Positions 19,714 through 28,372 of a stretch of 64,000 nucleotides of DNA are shown piece by piece. The notes beneath the pieces are model-generated. The model was not told the DNA's origin and ran no database searches. It saw only the letters and a list, made by a program, of their open reading frames with translations. A program made the translations under genes and the position numbers. The stretch covers positions 96,001 through 160,000 of the IMG/VR virus record IMGVR_UViG_3300028591_000090. One strand, written 5' to 3'. The DNA comes from a virus (lineage: Duplodnaviria; Caudoviricetes). Positions within the stretch are counted from its first letter, which is position 1, and every line of letters starts with the position of its first letter.

Positions 19714-20052
19714 TTAAATATTTTTTAACGGAAAATCAATAGGCATAACTGCTGTTTGATATGCAAGAATTTTTAATTCTCCATCCCAAGTTAGTTTACC
19801 TATTGCAATTTCATACTCTTTTCCCTCGGTAAATGCACTTGATGGAATATCTATTGCTTTATTTTCATCATCGACATCAACTGCATTAGTCCACAATTTA
19901 ATATTTTTGGCTTTATTTTCCATTACCAAAAATTTAGTAATCCAATAATTATTATAACCTTTTAGGTCTTTGTCAAATACTGGTTTGTAAGACTTCCCAT
20001 TTTCTATCACTTCTAATCTGTACGCTGCCATACTACTATTTTTTTTTAACAA
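19714..20052 (-). CDS. Hypothetical protein
   Basis: 112-aa ORF in operon. Confidence 0.6.
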   Translation of the reverse strand: MLKKNSSMAAYRLEVIENGKSYKPVFDKDLKGYNNYWITKFLVMENKAKNIKLWTNAVDVDDENKAIDIPSSAFTEGKEYEIAIGKLTWDGELKILAYQTAVMPIDFPLKNI

Positions 20053-20588
20053 CCACTCGGAATATATTCCGAATTTAATCCAACACCATCTTTGTGAATT
20101 ATCGGTAATAATACGCTAACATTCACAAAATAGTTATTGTTGTTTATAATCTCTAATTTATTTATTAAATGACTATGATCTGTTGTAACTGGATTACTCA
20201 ATAATGTAAAGAAAAGATAAAAAGGAATATCAAATGTTACACCTTCATTATTAGTAATACGTGCAATAACATTTAAATCTTCATCAAATACTTCTACACC
20301 AGCGTCATCAACGCTTGGATAACTTACATATAATATCCAACCTCTTGTCTGCATTGCTACTGTATCATCTGGACTAATATCAAACTTGTTATCAAAAACA
20401 ACTAAAGAACTATGGCTTGGAATAACCTCTTGTGCTCTTTTATAACTATCAACAGGAGAAACAAGTCCCTTAAAACAGCATAATTCAGCAAGAATATCAG
20501 CACCTCTAACTATAGAAAAACAACCCTCTATAAGTCTTAAATTAAGTGTTCCGTCTAATGCGTCACAAATATGTTGAATATCGTACAT
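20046..20588 (-). CDS. Hypothetical protein, probably virion-associated
   Basis: 180-aa ORF preceded by TAAATA at 20619-20614. Confidence 0.6.
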   Translation of the reverse strand: MYDIQHICDALDGTLNLRLIEGCFSIVRGADILAELCCFKGLVSPVDSYKRAQEVIPSHSSLVVFDNKFDISPDDTVAMQTRGWILYVSYPSVDDAGVEVFDEDLNVIARITNNEGVTFDIPFYLFFTLLSNPVTTDHSHLINKLEIINNNNYFVNVSVLLPIIHKDGVGLNSEYIPSGC

Positions 20589-20621
20589 TATAAATATATC
20601 TTTTCTTTTATTTTATTTAGT

Positions 20622-20654
20622 AAAAAAAAGCGAAACCATTTTTGGCTTCGCTTT
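20622..20654 (-). terminator. Intrinsic terminator
   Basis: Minus strand AAAGCGAAGCCA-aaaa-TGGTTTCGCTTT-TTTTT (one G-U pair). Confidence 0.85.
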
Positions 20655-20665
20655 ATTGTGGTGAA

Positions 20666-21616
20666 CTAAAAAAATGTTTTTCTCGAAATATCAAATCCTT
20701 GTGGTTTCTTTTTAACCTTTTTAACTTCTTGTGTGTTGTCTTTGTTTTTAATACTGTTGTCTATAAACTGTTCTTCATTTAATTCAAAATCATTATTACT
20801 GTCGTCTACATTTATTTGTTCACCTTCATTATTTATTTCACTTTTTGTATTAAATTTTGCAACGTCTTCTTGAATCTGTTCTAAATCATCTTCTATCGGT
20901 TTTTCATCTTTAGCCAATGTTTCTTCTAAATACTCATCTGGAAATTCTTCCTTTTCTTCGTATTCTTCGTGTTCTGTACCATCACTCATATTTTCATATG
21001 CATTCTTAAACCAATCAGATTCTGTAACTTTTTTATATCTTTCTTTAAAATCTTCTTTCGGTTTCTCTTCTTTGGTATAATACGATAAATCAGTTCTTTT
21101 TACATCATCGCTATAATCTTTATTTTTCATTAACATTGGATTCTCGCCCTCATATTCTTCTTCTTTTCTTTTTCCTTTTTTAGATTTCAAATAATCAACT
21201 AAACATTTAATATATCCAAGTGCAACAATAGGTAATATAGCACCAGATATGATTGCAAGATAACGCTTCTGTTCTATTACACTTAAATCATTTAATGCAA
21301 ACAATTCCGACCAATCAGAATATTCTGCAAGGTTGTGATAAGCATAATAAGTATTACCCATCATTTGAAATAACGTCAATATGATAAACAATGACCACAC
21401 AATAAACTTGTTCATTGCATCTTGAGTTACAACGGTTGCAAGCGAAGCAGCCGCACCAAGTTCAAAAGCAACAGCAAGTGATATTGCTAATATTTCAACG
21501 GGATTACTTAATTGGAAAAACTCTACTGTATGTATCATTGATATTATAGATACAAACAGATACAAAAGCGTAAAAGTACCAATTATAAACCAATTTGTTA
21601 ATTTACTCTTATTCAT
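20666..21616 (-). CDS. Multi-pass membrane protein (about 4 TM) with long acidic C-terminal tail
   Basis: Four hydrophobic segments in the first ~140 aa. Confidence 0.75.
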   Translation of the reverse strand: MNKSKLTNWFIIGTFTLLYLFVSIISMIHTVEFFQLSNPVEILAISLAVAFELGAAASLATVVTQDAMNKFIVWSLFIILTLFQMMGNTYYAYHNLAEYSDWSELFALNDLSVIEQKRYLAIISGAILPIVALGYIKCLVDYLKSKKGKRKEEEYEGENPMLMKNKDYSDDVKRTDLSYYTKEEKPKEDFKERYKKVTESDWFKNAYENMSDGTEHEEYEEKEEFPDEYLEETLAKDEKPIEDDLEQIQEDVAKFNTKSEINNEGEQINVDDSNNDFELNEEQFIDNSIKNKDNTQEVKKVKKKPQGFDISRKTFF

Positions 21617-21933
21617 TATTTCTTCATTATTTTTGTTAATACACTATCTTTTTGTATTTGTTCTAATGTACGTGGAGAATTAACAGCAGTATTCAAGTAT
21701 AACTGCATAACATCTTCACCGTCAATTTGATTATCTTTCAAAAACTTCAATTCTGTATTCGCTTTTTCTAAATCTTTATAAAGCAAATTAATTGAATCCT
21801 TTGCCTCTGATAATTCAACTTTTATCTTTTGTGTATTCTTTTTTGCTGTACAAGAGTTACACATACTCAAAAAAGAACAACAAAATACAACTATTACACC
21901 AATAAAAATGTGTTTAATCTCTATCTTTTCCAT
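21616..21933 (-). CDS. Membrane-anchored or lipoprotein coiled-coil protein
   Basis: N-terminal hydrophobic stretch ending in CNSC, then a coiled coil. Confidence 0.6.
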   Translation of the reverse strand: MEKIEIKHIFIGVIVVFCCSFLSMCNSCTAKKNTQKIKVELSEAKDSINLLYKDLEKANTELKFLKDNQIDGEDVMQLYLNTAVNSPRTLEQIQKDSVLTKIMKK

Positions 21934-21942
21934 TCTTAAAAA

Positions 21943-22434
21943 TTATTTATATATAAAAAACAATGTAAGCAACACAATAGATAACACATATATAAAAAGA
22001 TATATTGTGTTTCTTCTATTTATCTTTCTAAAAAGGAAATCACACGTAACACCATACGCATAATAATCTTTCGTCAAGATTCTTTCATATTTAAACTTGG
22101 TTATATCATACAATTCATAAGGAACAAGTTCATTCTGTACGTTTAATACTTCTCTCGATAAAGAACCTCTTTCATATTCATCTAACGAAGTCTTATCCAA
22201 AGAAATAAGATTCTCTGGCATTAAATTAACAGCAAAAGCAAGTCTTTTTCCACCATTTACAATATTCCAATTCTTTCTCTTTGCTAATCCGTCTTCGTCT
22301 ATTTTTCTTATCTGATTACGAAAAAATACAAGATTTTCAAACTCTTTCATATAATCAAATATCATCTTGAAAAAATATGATGGCAACAAATACTTTACTA
22401 TGCCGAATTTTGAGTGATATTTTTCTAATGTCAT
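21943..22434 (-). CDS. Protein with C-terminal membrane anchor
   Basis: C-terminal TIYLFIYVLSIVLLTLFFIYK. Confidence 0.65.
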   Translation of the reverse strand: MTLEKYHSKFGIVKYLLPSYFFKMIFDYMKEFENLVFFRNQIRKIDEDGLAKRKNWNIVNGGKRLAFAVNLMPENLISLDKTSLDEYERGSLSREVLNVQNELVPYELYDITKFKYERILTKDYYAYGVTCDFLFRKINRRNTIYLFIYVLSIVLLTLFFIYK

Positions 22435-22464
22435 TATTTTATATTTTTTTTTACAATACGTATT

Positions 22465-24432
22465 TTACTGCATATCCATTACCTCATTCAAATCAAATTT
22501 TGCCCCAGTACCGTTTCGTTCTTGATTTGCCTCAATTACATCGTGTTGAACAATTCTTCTATATTCAGTAAATGCACTATCTCTTTCTAATTTATCCCAA
22601 TAATCCCAACCAATTTCTTTGTATTGTGGCGAACCGATAAAAACATTTGCATGAATACAACTCAAAGCAATATCATCGTGACCTGTTTGACAACGATAAA
22701 TTGTACGACCTTCATTAGAACCAAAGTTAGATAATTCTGCAAAGGTAATCTCACTCGTTGTTATTACCTTATCAATAGAAACATTTTGTTGGAAACTTTC
22801 ACAATATTTAACCTTCATTTTATTTGAAGATAAATTTGTTCCTGGTTCATAATATAAATCATCTTCTTTTTCCTTATTAAATATTATCATACCAGTCCAA
22901 TAATTTGCATTCCTCAATAATTTATCCCTTACAACAATACCTTGATTATTCAACTCAATACCAATCCTTACGTTTTCGTAATTAAACAAATCAAAAACAA
23001 TAGTATTAACGACATCGCTAAAAGTTTCTATGTTTATCGAATTACACCTAAACATACCAATCTGAATAAGAGAAAAGACATCTATCTCTTCCTCTATATT
23101 GTTCTTATTCATTAACACTCTATTAAGAGGCATTGGTGCAACCTTAAATATATTACATACATGATAATCTTTTCCAACACCTTTCGAGGTATCTATTCCA
23201 AAAACATAATAATTATCGTCTTTCTTTAAATCATCTATATCAGAAGTAAAATTATGTTTCAAAAATATTGGATGCCACGTTAAAAATTGTGAAAAATCTG
23301 TTTTTACTTTATGAATTTCTCCTTTTTTGAAATATGTCTTATCTATATTCATACAAGGTATCGCCCTTGAAACAAATTTTGTCTTTATATTATACAATTT
23401 CTTTATATCAGAAGAGTTTAATAACAAATTGTCACCCTTAAAAAACTGTAAACCATATTCTTGATTAAAGTCTTCTACAGAACCAAGGTCTGCAATTGTC
23501 TTCTGCTTCCACTCTTCATCTCTACCTTTTACTTGCCACCAATCAACTCTCAAAGGATAGAAATTAGAATCTCCCTCTCTTTCAACAGCATCTATTGCAC
23601 TATTCCATAAGGTATTAAATTTATTCATACCATTTGGTGTTGAAGTAATGATAATTCTACTACCTGGTGTACCAGAAATTGTAGGATATGTTGAACGCCA
23701 AAAGTCATCAATAAAGTTTGCAGAAATATGTGCAAACTCATCCATATATAACAAGTCAATACTCAAACCGATAGCAGATTTCTTTGTTGTTGAACGACCA
23801 ATTATACGACAACCATTATCCAATTTCATTGATTGTACGTTGTTAATCAATATACCCGGCTTCATAAAGAACGGTAAATTGTTCATAATCTGCTTTACCT
23901 TATCAATAATTTCTTTTGTCGTATCCAAAATATCACCCAACATCAATACGTTCTTTTCCTTATGGAACAATACAAACCATAAAATAAAGATTGCAGAAGT
24001 TGTTGTATTATGTGATAAAACATCCCCTGTATAATAAGAATGCTCACCACTATCAACACTTATATCATACATATAAAACTTATATGGATGTCTTACAACC
24101 TCAAGAACAACTTTTGGCTTATCCTTACCATATAAAACTTGACCATATACTAAATCTTTAGCATATACCGTCCTTAAATTTATATCAAAAAATAAATGAT
24201 TGTCTGCACACTCTATCGACGTTCCATCTGAAAATTTTACCTCATATACTTGATATGGCTTCGTTATATACAAATCTGTTGCTTTATGATAACCATCTCG
24301 TGATAAAACCTCTACATCTTCAAGACTTTCATGATACACAAACTTATTATCCATAATAACAGCATTACGAAACATTAAATATTCCGTAAACTGTATCAAA
24401 TATCCTATTATGGTCTTTAATATTTGCTTCAT
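22465..24432 (-). CDS. terL: Terminase large subunit, C-terminal fragment preceded by a 142-aa C-intein
   Basis: After SHN: TTTSAIFILWF, Walker B LLYMDEFAH, ITSTPNG, FNQEY, nuclease motifs GIDTSKG and HDDIAL (T4 gp17-like). Confidence 0.95.
   Translation of the reverse strand: MKQILKTIIGYLIQFTEYLMFRNAVIMDNKFVYHESLEDVEVLSRDGYHKATDLYITKPYQVYEVKFSDGTSIECADNHLFFDINLRTVYAKDLVYGQVLYGKDKPKVVLEVVRHPYKFYMYDISVDSGEHSYYTGDVLSHNTTTSAIFILWFVLFHKEKNVLMLGDILDTTKEIIDKVKQIMNNLPFFMKPGILINNVQSMKLDNGCRIIGRSTTKKSAIGLSIDLLYMDEFAHISANFIDDFWRSTYPTISGTPGSRIIITSTPNGMNKFNTLWNSAIDAVEREGDSNFYPLRVDWWQVKGRDEEWKQKTIADLGSVEDFNQEYGLQFFKGDNLLLNSSDIKKLYNIKTKFVSRAIPCMNIDKTYFKKGEIHKVKTDFSQFLTWHPIFLKHNFTSDIDDLKKDDNYYVFGIDTSKGVGKDYHVCNIFKVAPMPLNRVLMNKNNIEEEIDVFSLIQIGMFRCNSINIETFSDVVNTIVFDLFNYENVRIGIELNNQGIVVRDKLLRNANYWTGMIIFNKEKEDDLYYEPGTNLSSNKMKVKYCESFQQNVSIDKVITTSEITFAELSNFGSNEGRTIYRCQTGHDDIALSCIHANVFIGSPQYKEIGWDYWDKLERDSAFTEYRRIVQHDVIEANQERNGTGAKFDLNEVMDMQ
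24007..24432 (-). other. Split intein C-fragment (residues 1-142)
   Basis: Block B IECADNH, block F MYDISV, block G YYTGDVLSHN followed by Thr+1. Confidence 0.92.
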
Positions 24433-25571
24433 TTCTCTAAAAACTCTTTACACTCTGCTATAACAGATTCTTTGTTTTTTTTATAATCATTTTCCCATAC
24501 AACCAATACATCAAAACCTAATGACTCTGCATATTGTTTCTTTTTCTTGTCGTATGCCCACCTTTCTTCTGCTTTCATTTTATTATTTGAAAAAGAATCT
24601 TTATCTTTAAAAGTTTCTGGATTATAATGCCAAAAATCTCCATTAAATTCTATTATCTTATTTTTATAACAAAAATCATAAGCATAACATCTACTTTCTA
24701 TATTATCAAAGACAAAAAATTGTCTATTACCAACACAAGAAAAACAATTTTTTGATTCTATTTTTGTTTCATTTAATAAATTTGATATAAACTCTTTTTC
24801 TAAATTAGAAGAAAAACCATCTTGTTTTTTGGGTATTTTTGAGAATAATCCTTGTTTATACATTCCTTCTACTTTTTCAGACCATTTTCTTTGCCTTTCA
24901 TAAAAACGTCTTTCTCCTTCTTCTTTACCATATTTTTCTATACATTTATCTAATGTAAATGTTCTTTGTCTTTCTGATAATGCTTCTTTTGCGTCTTCTT
25001 CTGACATTCCCTGATTTAAATAATATTCTATTTGTGTTGGACCAATCCTATCTTTTAATGATTCTTTTGCAAATTCATGAACTTTATTCTCTGCTTCCTC
25101 TTCGCTATATCCCCTTTTTATATAAAAATATTTAGAAAAAGGTGAATTTTCTTTCAATTCTTGCTCCGTATGTTTTGATTTGTGCATTGGATTCTTTTCT
25201 CCTTTAAACTTTTCTGAAAACATTTTCTTATACTTTTCATTTTTCATATGTTTTCCAGAATTTTTACTTGTATTTTTATAATCGTTTTCACAATACAAAG
25301 GAGCCTCTGGAAATTCTTTCTTATACTCATCAAGAGTTCTGTCTGGGTGCATATTTCTCATCCAAACACCATAAATTCTTGGAGTAACTAATCCATTCCA
25401 TCTATCAACAACATAATCAACCCCTTCTACACCTTTTCTTAACTCTTCTTGTTTCTGCTTAAAAAGATATTCCTCTCTACAAGACGGTTTACAATATAGT
25501 TGAGTTTTACATTTTTGTTCAAATTCTTTTCCGCAATTTGGACAAATAATTATTTTATGTTCTGCCTTCAT
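24429..25571 (-). mobile_element. Free-standing homing endonuclease, Vsr-like (EDxHD-type) with Zn-finger and NUMOD3-like DNA-binding modules
   Basis: N-terminal CPNC...YCKPSC, KGEKNPM, C-terminal YDFCYKNKIIEFNGDFWH...DKKKKQYAESLGFDVLVVWEND; sits between the two terminase halves. Confidence 0.85.
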
Positions 25572-25572
25572 A

Positions 25573-26127
25573 TTAACTTAATTTTTCATATATTCTATAA
25601 AGAAAATTACGTATCCTTACAAGTATATTTATTTTCAATTTTGTTGGCATCTCGCCAAGTTTTATTTTCCTATTATTTACTTGAATATCAGTATTATAAG
25701 GGCAACACTTCCCAATTTGACGGCTTGCGAGTACAATACACTGGGGATGTTTTATAAACCCTTCCAAAAGTCCTTGTTGATAATCTCTTAATTTAATACT
25801 TTCATATCCAGTTCCAGTTTTTAATTTACAGAATTTATCAGCAAAATATATCGGGTCTGCAGCACATTTACGTAATTCGTCCATTTCTTCCCTTGTATAT
25901 TCAAAGGTAATTCTTGGTTTTCTAAATGTAATATCATTTTGTAGAAATGGGGAGTTTTTAATTCTGCTTAATTCAATAAAACCATCTTGATATTCTTTAA
26001 TAACTTGATTAACTTTTTCTGTGGACCAAGCAATATCTTCGTGTCCTTGATTATTTTTATCAAAGCCATCTAATTTAGTAACGTCGATATTAGTAAATGT
26101 TCCACCTTTTTTGAAATAGTTAATCAA
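25573..26127 (-). CDS. terL: Terminase large subunit, N-terminal fragment (140 aa) followed by a 44-aa N-intein
   Basis: KCAADPIYFA, LRDYQ, partial Walker A ASRQIGK then intein block A CCPYNTDI. Confidence 0.93.
   Translation of the reverse strand: MINYFKKGGTFTNIDVTKLDGFDKNNQGHEDIAWSTEKVNQVIKEYQDGFIELSRIKNSPFLQNDITFRKPRITFEYTREEMDELRKCAADPIYFADKFCKLKTGTGYESIKLRDYQQGLLEGFIKHPQCIVLASRQIGKCCPYNTDIQVNNRKIKLGEMPTKLKINILVRIRNFLYRIYEKLS
25576..25707 (-). other. Split intein N-fragment (residues 141-184)
   Basis: Cys1 immediately after GK; CCPYNTDIQVNNRKIKLGEM resembles block A of atypically split TerL inteins. Confidence 0.88.
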
Positions 26128-26142
26128 AGTACATCAATTATT

Positions 26143-27066
26143 TTATAGCATTTGAAGAATATCTGAATCATCGTCCATTTCGTCTTCGGCACGAATTGTT
26201 GTTGCATCAACATCATATTCTTCTACTAAATCATTTTTATTTGCGTGATTTACATATCTTGAAACGTCTCCACGTTCTTTAAGATAATCGCTTCGTTGTT
26301 CTTTAATTTCTTCTTCTGTAAACTTATTTTTAGATATTTCTTCAATAAGTATTAACGGGTCTGATGTAATAAAGAACTTTTCTTCTTGATTTGTTTCTTG
26401 TGGAAGTTGTTTTGTTTGTTGTTGTGGTTCAATATCCTCTACTGGAACAGAAACATTCTTTTTACCAGAATATGTTGTTTTAAGCATATTATAATCTTGA
26501 GCCTCGATTTTTGCCTTTTTATAGGTTTCTTCAAGGAATATCATATAATTTGCTTGTGTTCTTGTAAGTTCAGACATTTGTGAATTAAGGTTACAAAATG
26601 CCTCTATAACTTTAGGATTAGTATTTCCGGCATCAATATCTTCCATTATTCTCGCTAAAACGACTTTTGTCATTTTTAATTGGAACAATGTATTAGACAT
26701 ATTGAGCGTATCGAAACTTTTTTTCTTTTCGATATATTCTGGCTTATCAATAACACCAAAAGCAAAATAGAAATCATACATTGACTCTATTAAGTTCTTT
26801 GCTTGTGTTTTGAATCGCTTATCTAATTCTGCAATATTAAGTGGTGCTTGTGATTGTGATGGCGTTCTATCTGATTGGCGTATTTGAGCACCAATATCAA
26901 CTTTTGGTATATCAGGGATAAAGTCTTCCTTATTTTCGTCGTTTTTAGCGTCGAAATCAATTTCTTCTTGTGAATTATCGAATTGTGAAGGATTTATACC
27001 CTTCAACAATTCGTCTAATTCATTTCTTAACTGTTTGTCTCTATCATCTGATGGTTTAGTTGCCAT
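26143..27066 (-). CDS. Probable terminase small subunit (gp16-like)
   Basis: Immediately upstream of terL; helical core with NPKVIEAFCNL resembling the gp16-type PRxxEV helix. Confidence 0.5.
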   Translation of the reverse strand: MATKPSDDRDKQLRNELDELLKGINPSQFDNSQEEIDFDAKNDENKEDFIPDIPKVDIGAQIRQSDRTPSQSQAPLNIAELDKRFKTQAKNLIESMYDFYFAFGVIDKPEYIEKKKSFDTLNMSNTLFQLKMTKVVLARIMEDIDAGNTNPKVIEAFCNLNSQMSELTRTQANYMIFLEETYKKAKIEAQDYNMLKTTYSGKKNVSVPVEDIEPQQQTKQLPQETNQEEKFFITSDPLILIEEISKNKFTEEEIKEQRSDYLKERGDVSRYVNHANKNDLVEEYDVDATTIRAEDEMDDDSDILQML

Positions 27067-27515
27067 TATAGTTCAATTAAGCCCAATTCTATCATAATAT
27101 TAAGAACGCTTGCTTCAATATTCGTATTAACAAAATCTTCAACAGTTCTTTTTTCTTTCATTTCTGAATCAAAGTAAGTTTTCGTTAAATCAATCTTTTC
27201 AACTGTAAAATCTACTTGTTCACGGTCTAAATCATTCAATGCTTTAACCAAACCTTCTCTATCTTCGATTTCAATATCATCTAAAGTTTGAGGGTTTTCT
27301 TTACGAGTACCATCTGCTTGTTCTACACCAATAAAACTACCGTTTTCATCAAGAACAGCGAATTTATTGATAATATCAAGACGTTTTTCGTCATATTCCT
27401 TTATGATTTCATCTACCTTTTTAGAATTTTTAGTCAAAATGATAGAAAAAGGAACTTTTTGATCTGCAAAATGTTTCAAAACATTGCTTAAATTTAAAAT
27501 TTGAATGTAATTCAT
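27066..27515 (-). CDS. Hypothetical protein
   Basis: 149-aa ORF, stop overlaps the next start. Confidence 0.7.
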   Translation of the reverse strand: MNYIQILNLSNVLKHFADQKVPFSIILTKNSKKVDEIIKEYDEKRLDIINKFAVLDENGSFIGVEQADGTRKENPQTLDDIEIEDREGLVKALNDLDREQVDFTVEKIDLTKTYFDSEMKEKRTVEDFVNTNIEASVLNIMIELGLIEL

Positions 27516-27546
27516 TTTATTATAGATTATTTTTATTATTACAACG

Positions 27547-27554
27547 CAAATATA
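27547..27554 (-). promoter_or_regulatory. Bacteroidota -7 box upstream of the terS/terL operon
   Basis: TATATTTG in the context TTTTGGTATATTTGCGTTG, nearly identical to the sigma-gene promoter (TTTTGGTATCTTTGCGTTG). Confidence 0.7.
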
Positions 27555-27564
27555 CCAAAAAATG

Positions 27565-28194
27565 TTATTTTTTAATAATAAATGAGTTCACCTCTATTTT
27601 CCCATTAGGTCTTGTCATCGTTGCTGTTGTTGAATAGACAACTTTACGTGGGATAAAGATGTTTTTTAGTCTAAATTTGCCGATTTTTTCTTTGTGTGTA
27701 ATAATATCTATAGTGTCTGCTGTTGATAAGTCAAAATTTAGTGTATCTTTTGATACATAGAAGAAAATATCAGTCCAAGTATCGTGATAATGTCCTGTTT
27801 TATATAAAATACCACCATTTGATAGAGAATCTTTAAGATATACAGTATCTTTTATATAAATTTTAGTAGTTCCTGTTGCTGCACCACTAATTTTCTTCAA
27901 TTTAATATTCAAATCATCTATTATTTTCTTTAAATGTGCTATTTCTTTATTGGAACTTGTCTTAAATTCTTCGAGAGTAAGTTCTGCTTGTTTCGTTTTA
28001 GCGGCATTTTTGCCACTTTCAGTCTTATAATACACAACAGAATCACTTACAGCATAAAAATTCGTTGTGAGTCTATCTATTTCCTTACTTTGATTACAAG
28101 ATTTTGTCATAAAAACGGCAACAACAACAGAAAGAGCCAATATAATTAGTTCTTTAGAGTATTTTTGCAAATATTTCAAAAAAAAGTTTATCAT
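27565..28194 (-). CDS. Membrane-anchored coiled-coil protein (DUF6549-like; spanin-like lysis accessory candidate)
   Basis: N-terminal TM, N...DSV.YYKT..G, ELTLEEFK, D.WT motifs common in Bacteroidota phage lysis modules. Confidence 0.6.
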   Translation of the reverse strand: MINFFLKYLQKYSKELIILALSVVVAVFMTKSCNQSKEIDRLTTNFYAVSDSVVYYKTESGKNAAKTKQAELTLEEFKTSSNKEIAHLKKIIDDLNIKLKKISGAATGTTKIYIKDTVYLKDSLSNGGILYKTGHYHDTWTDIFFYVSKDTLNFDLSTADTIDIITHKEKIGKFRLKNIFIPRKVVYSTTATMTRPNGKIEVNSFIIKK

Positions 28195-28197
28195 ACT

Positions 28198-28272
28198 TTA
28201 CATATTAGAGGTTATCGCTATAGAAACCAATATCACAGTTATATAAACTCCAACCCAAATCGCTCCAATCAT
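28198..28272 (-). CDS. Unannotated 24-aa hydrophobic micropeptide MIGAIWVGVYITVILVSIAITSNM
   Basis: ATG 28272 to TAA 28198; fills the gap between a TAAATA motif and the next gene; no charged residues. Confidence 0.5.
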   Translation of the reverse strand: MIGAIWVGVYITVILVSIAITSNM

Positions 28273-28312
28273 GACATTTTTTCTTTTATTTAGTTATTTT
28301 TTTACCAAAATA

Positions 28313-28344
28313 TTTGCATTTGTTAAAAAATATGTTTATATTTG
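28313..28344 (+). promoter_or_regulatory. Bacteroidota-type promoter for the lipoprotein gene
   Basis: TTTG (28313-28316), 20-nt spacer, TATATTTG (28337-28344). Confidence 0.8.
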
Positions 28345-28372
28345 CATTGTTAAATTAAAAAAGATAAAGGTT

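Noticed and set aside
24429-25572. Group I intron interrupting terL
   Set aside because: There is no non-coding room for a ribozyme core (1-nt gap and ATGA overlap), and intein motifs explain both junctions.
28271-28372. N-terminal extension of the lipoprotein given in the ORF track
   Set aside because: It spans the promoter; the signal peptide starts at MKKLVF (28373). Similar over-extended starts were trimmed for polB, the sigma factor and the 48234 gene.
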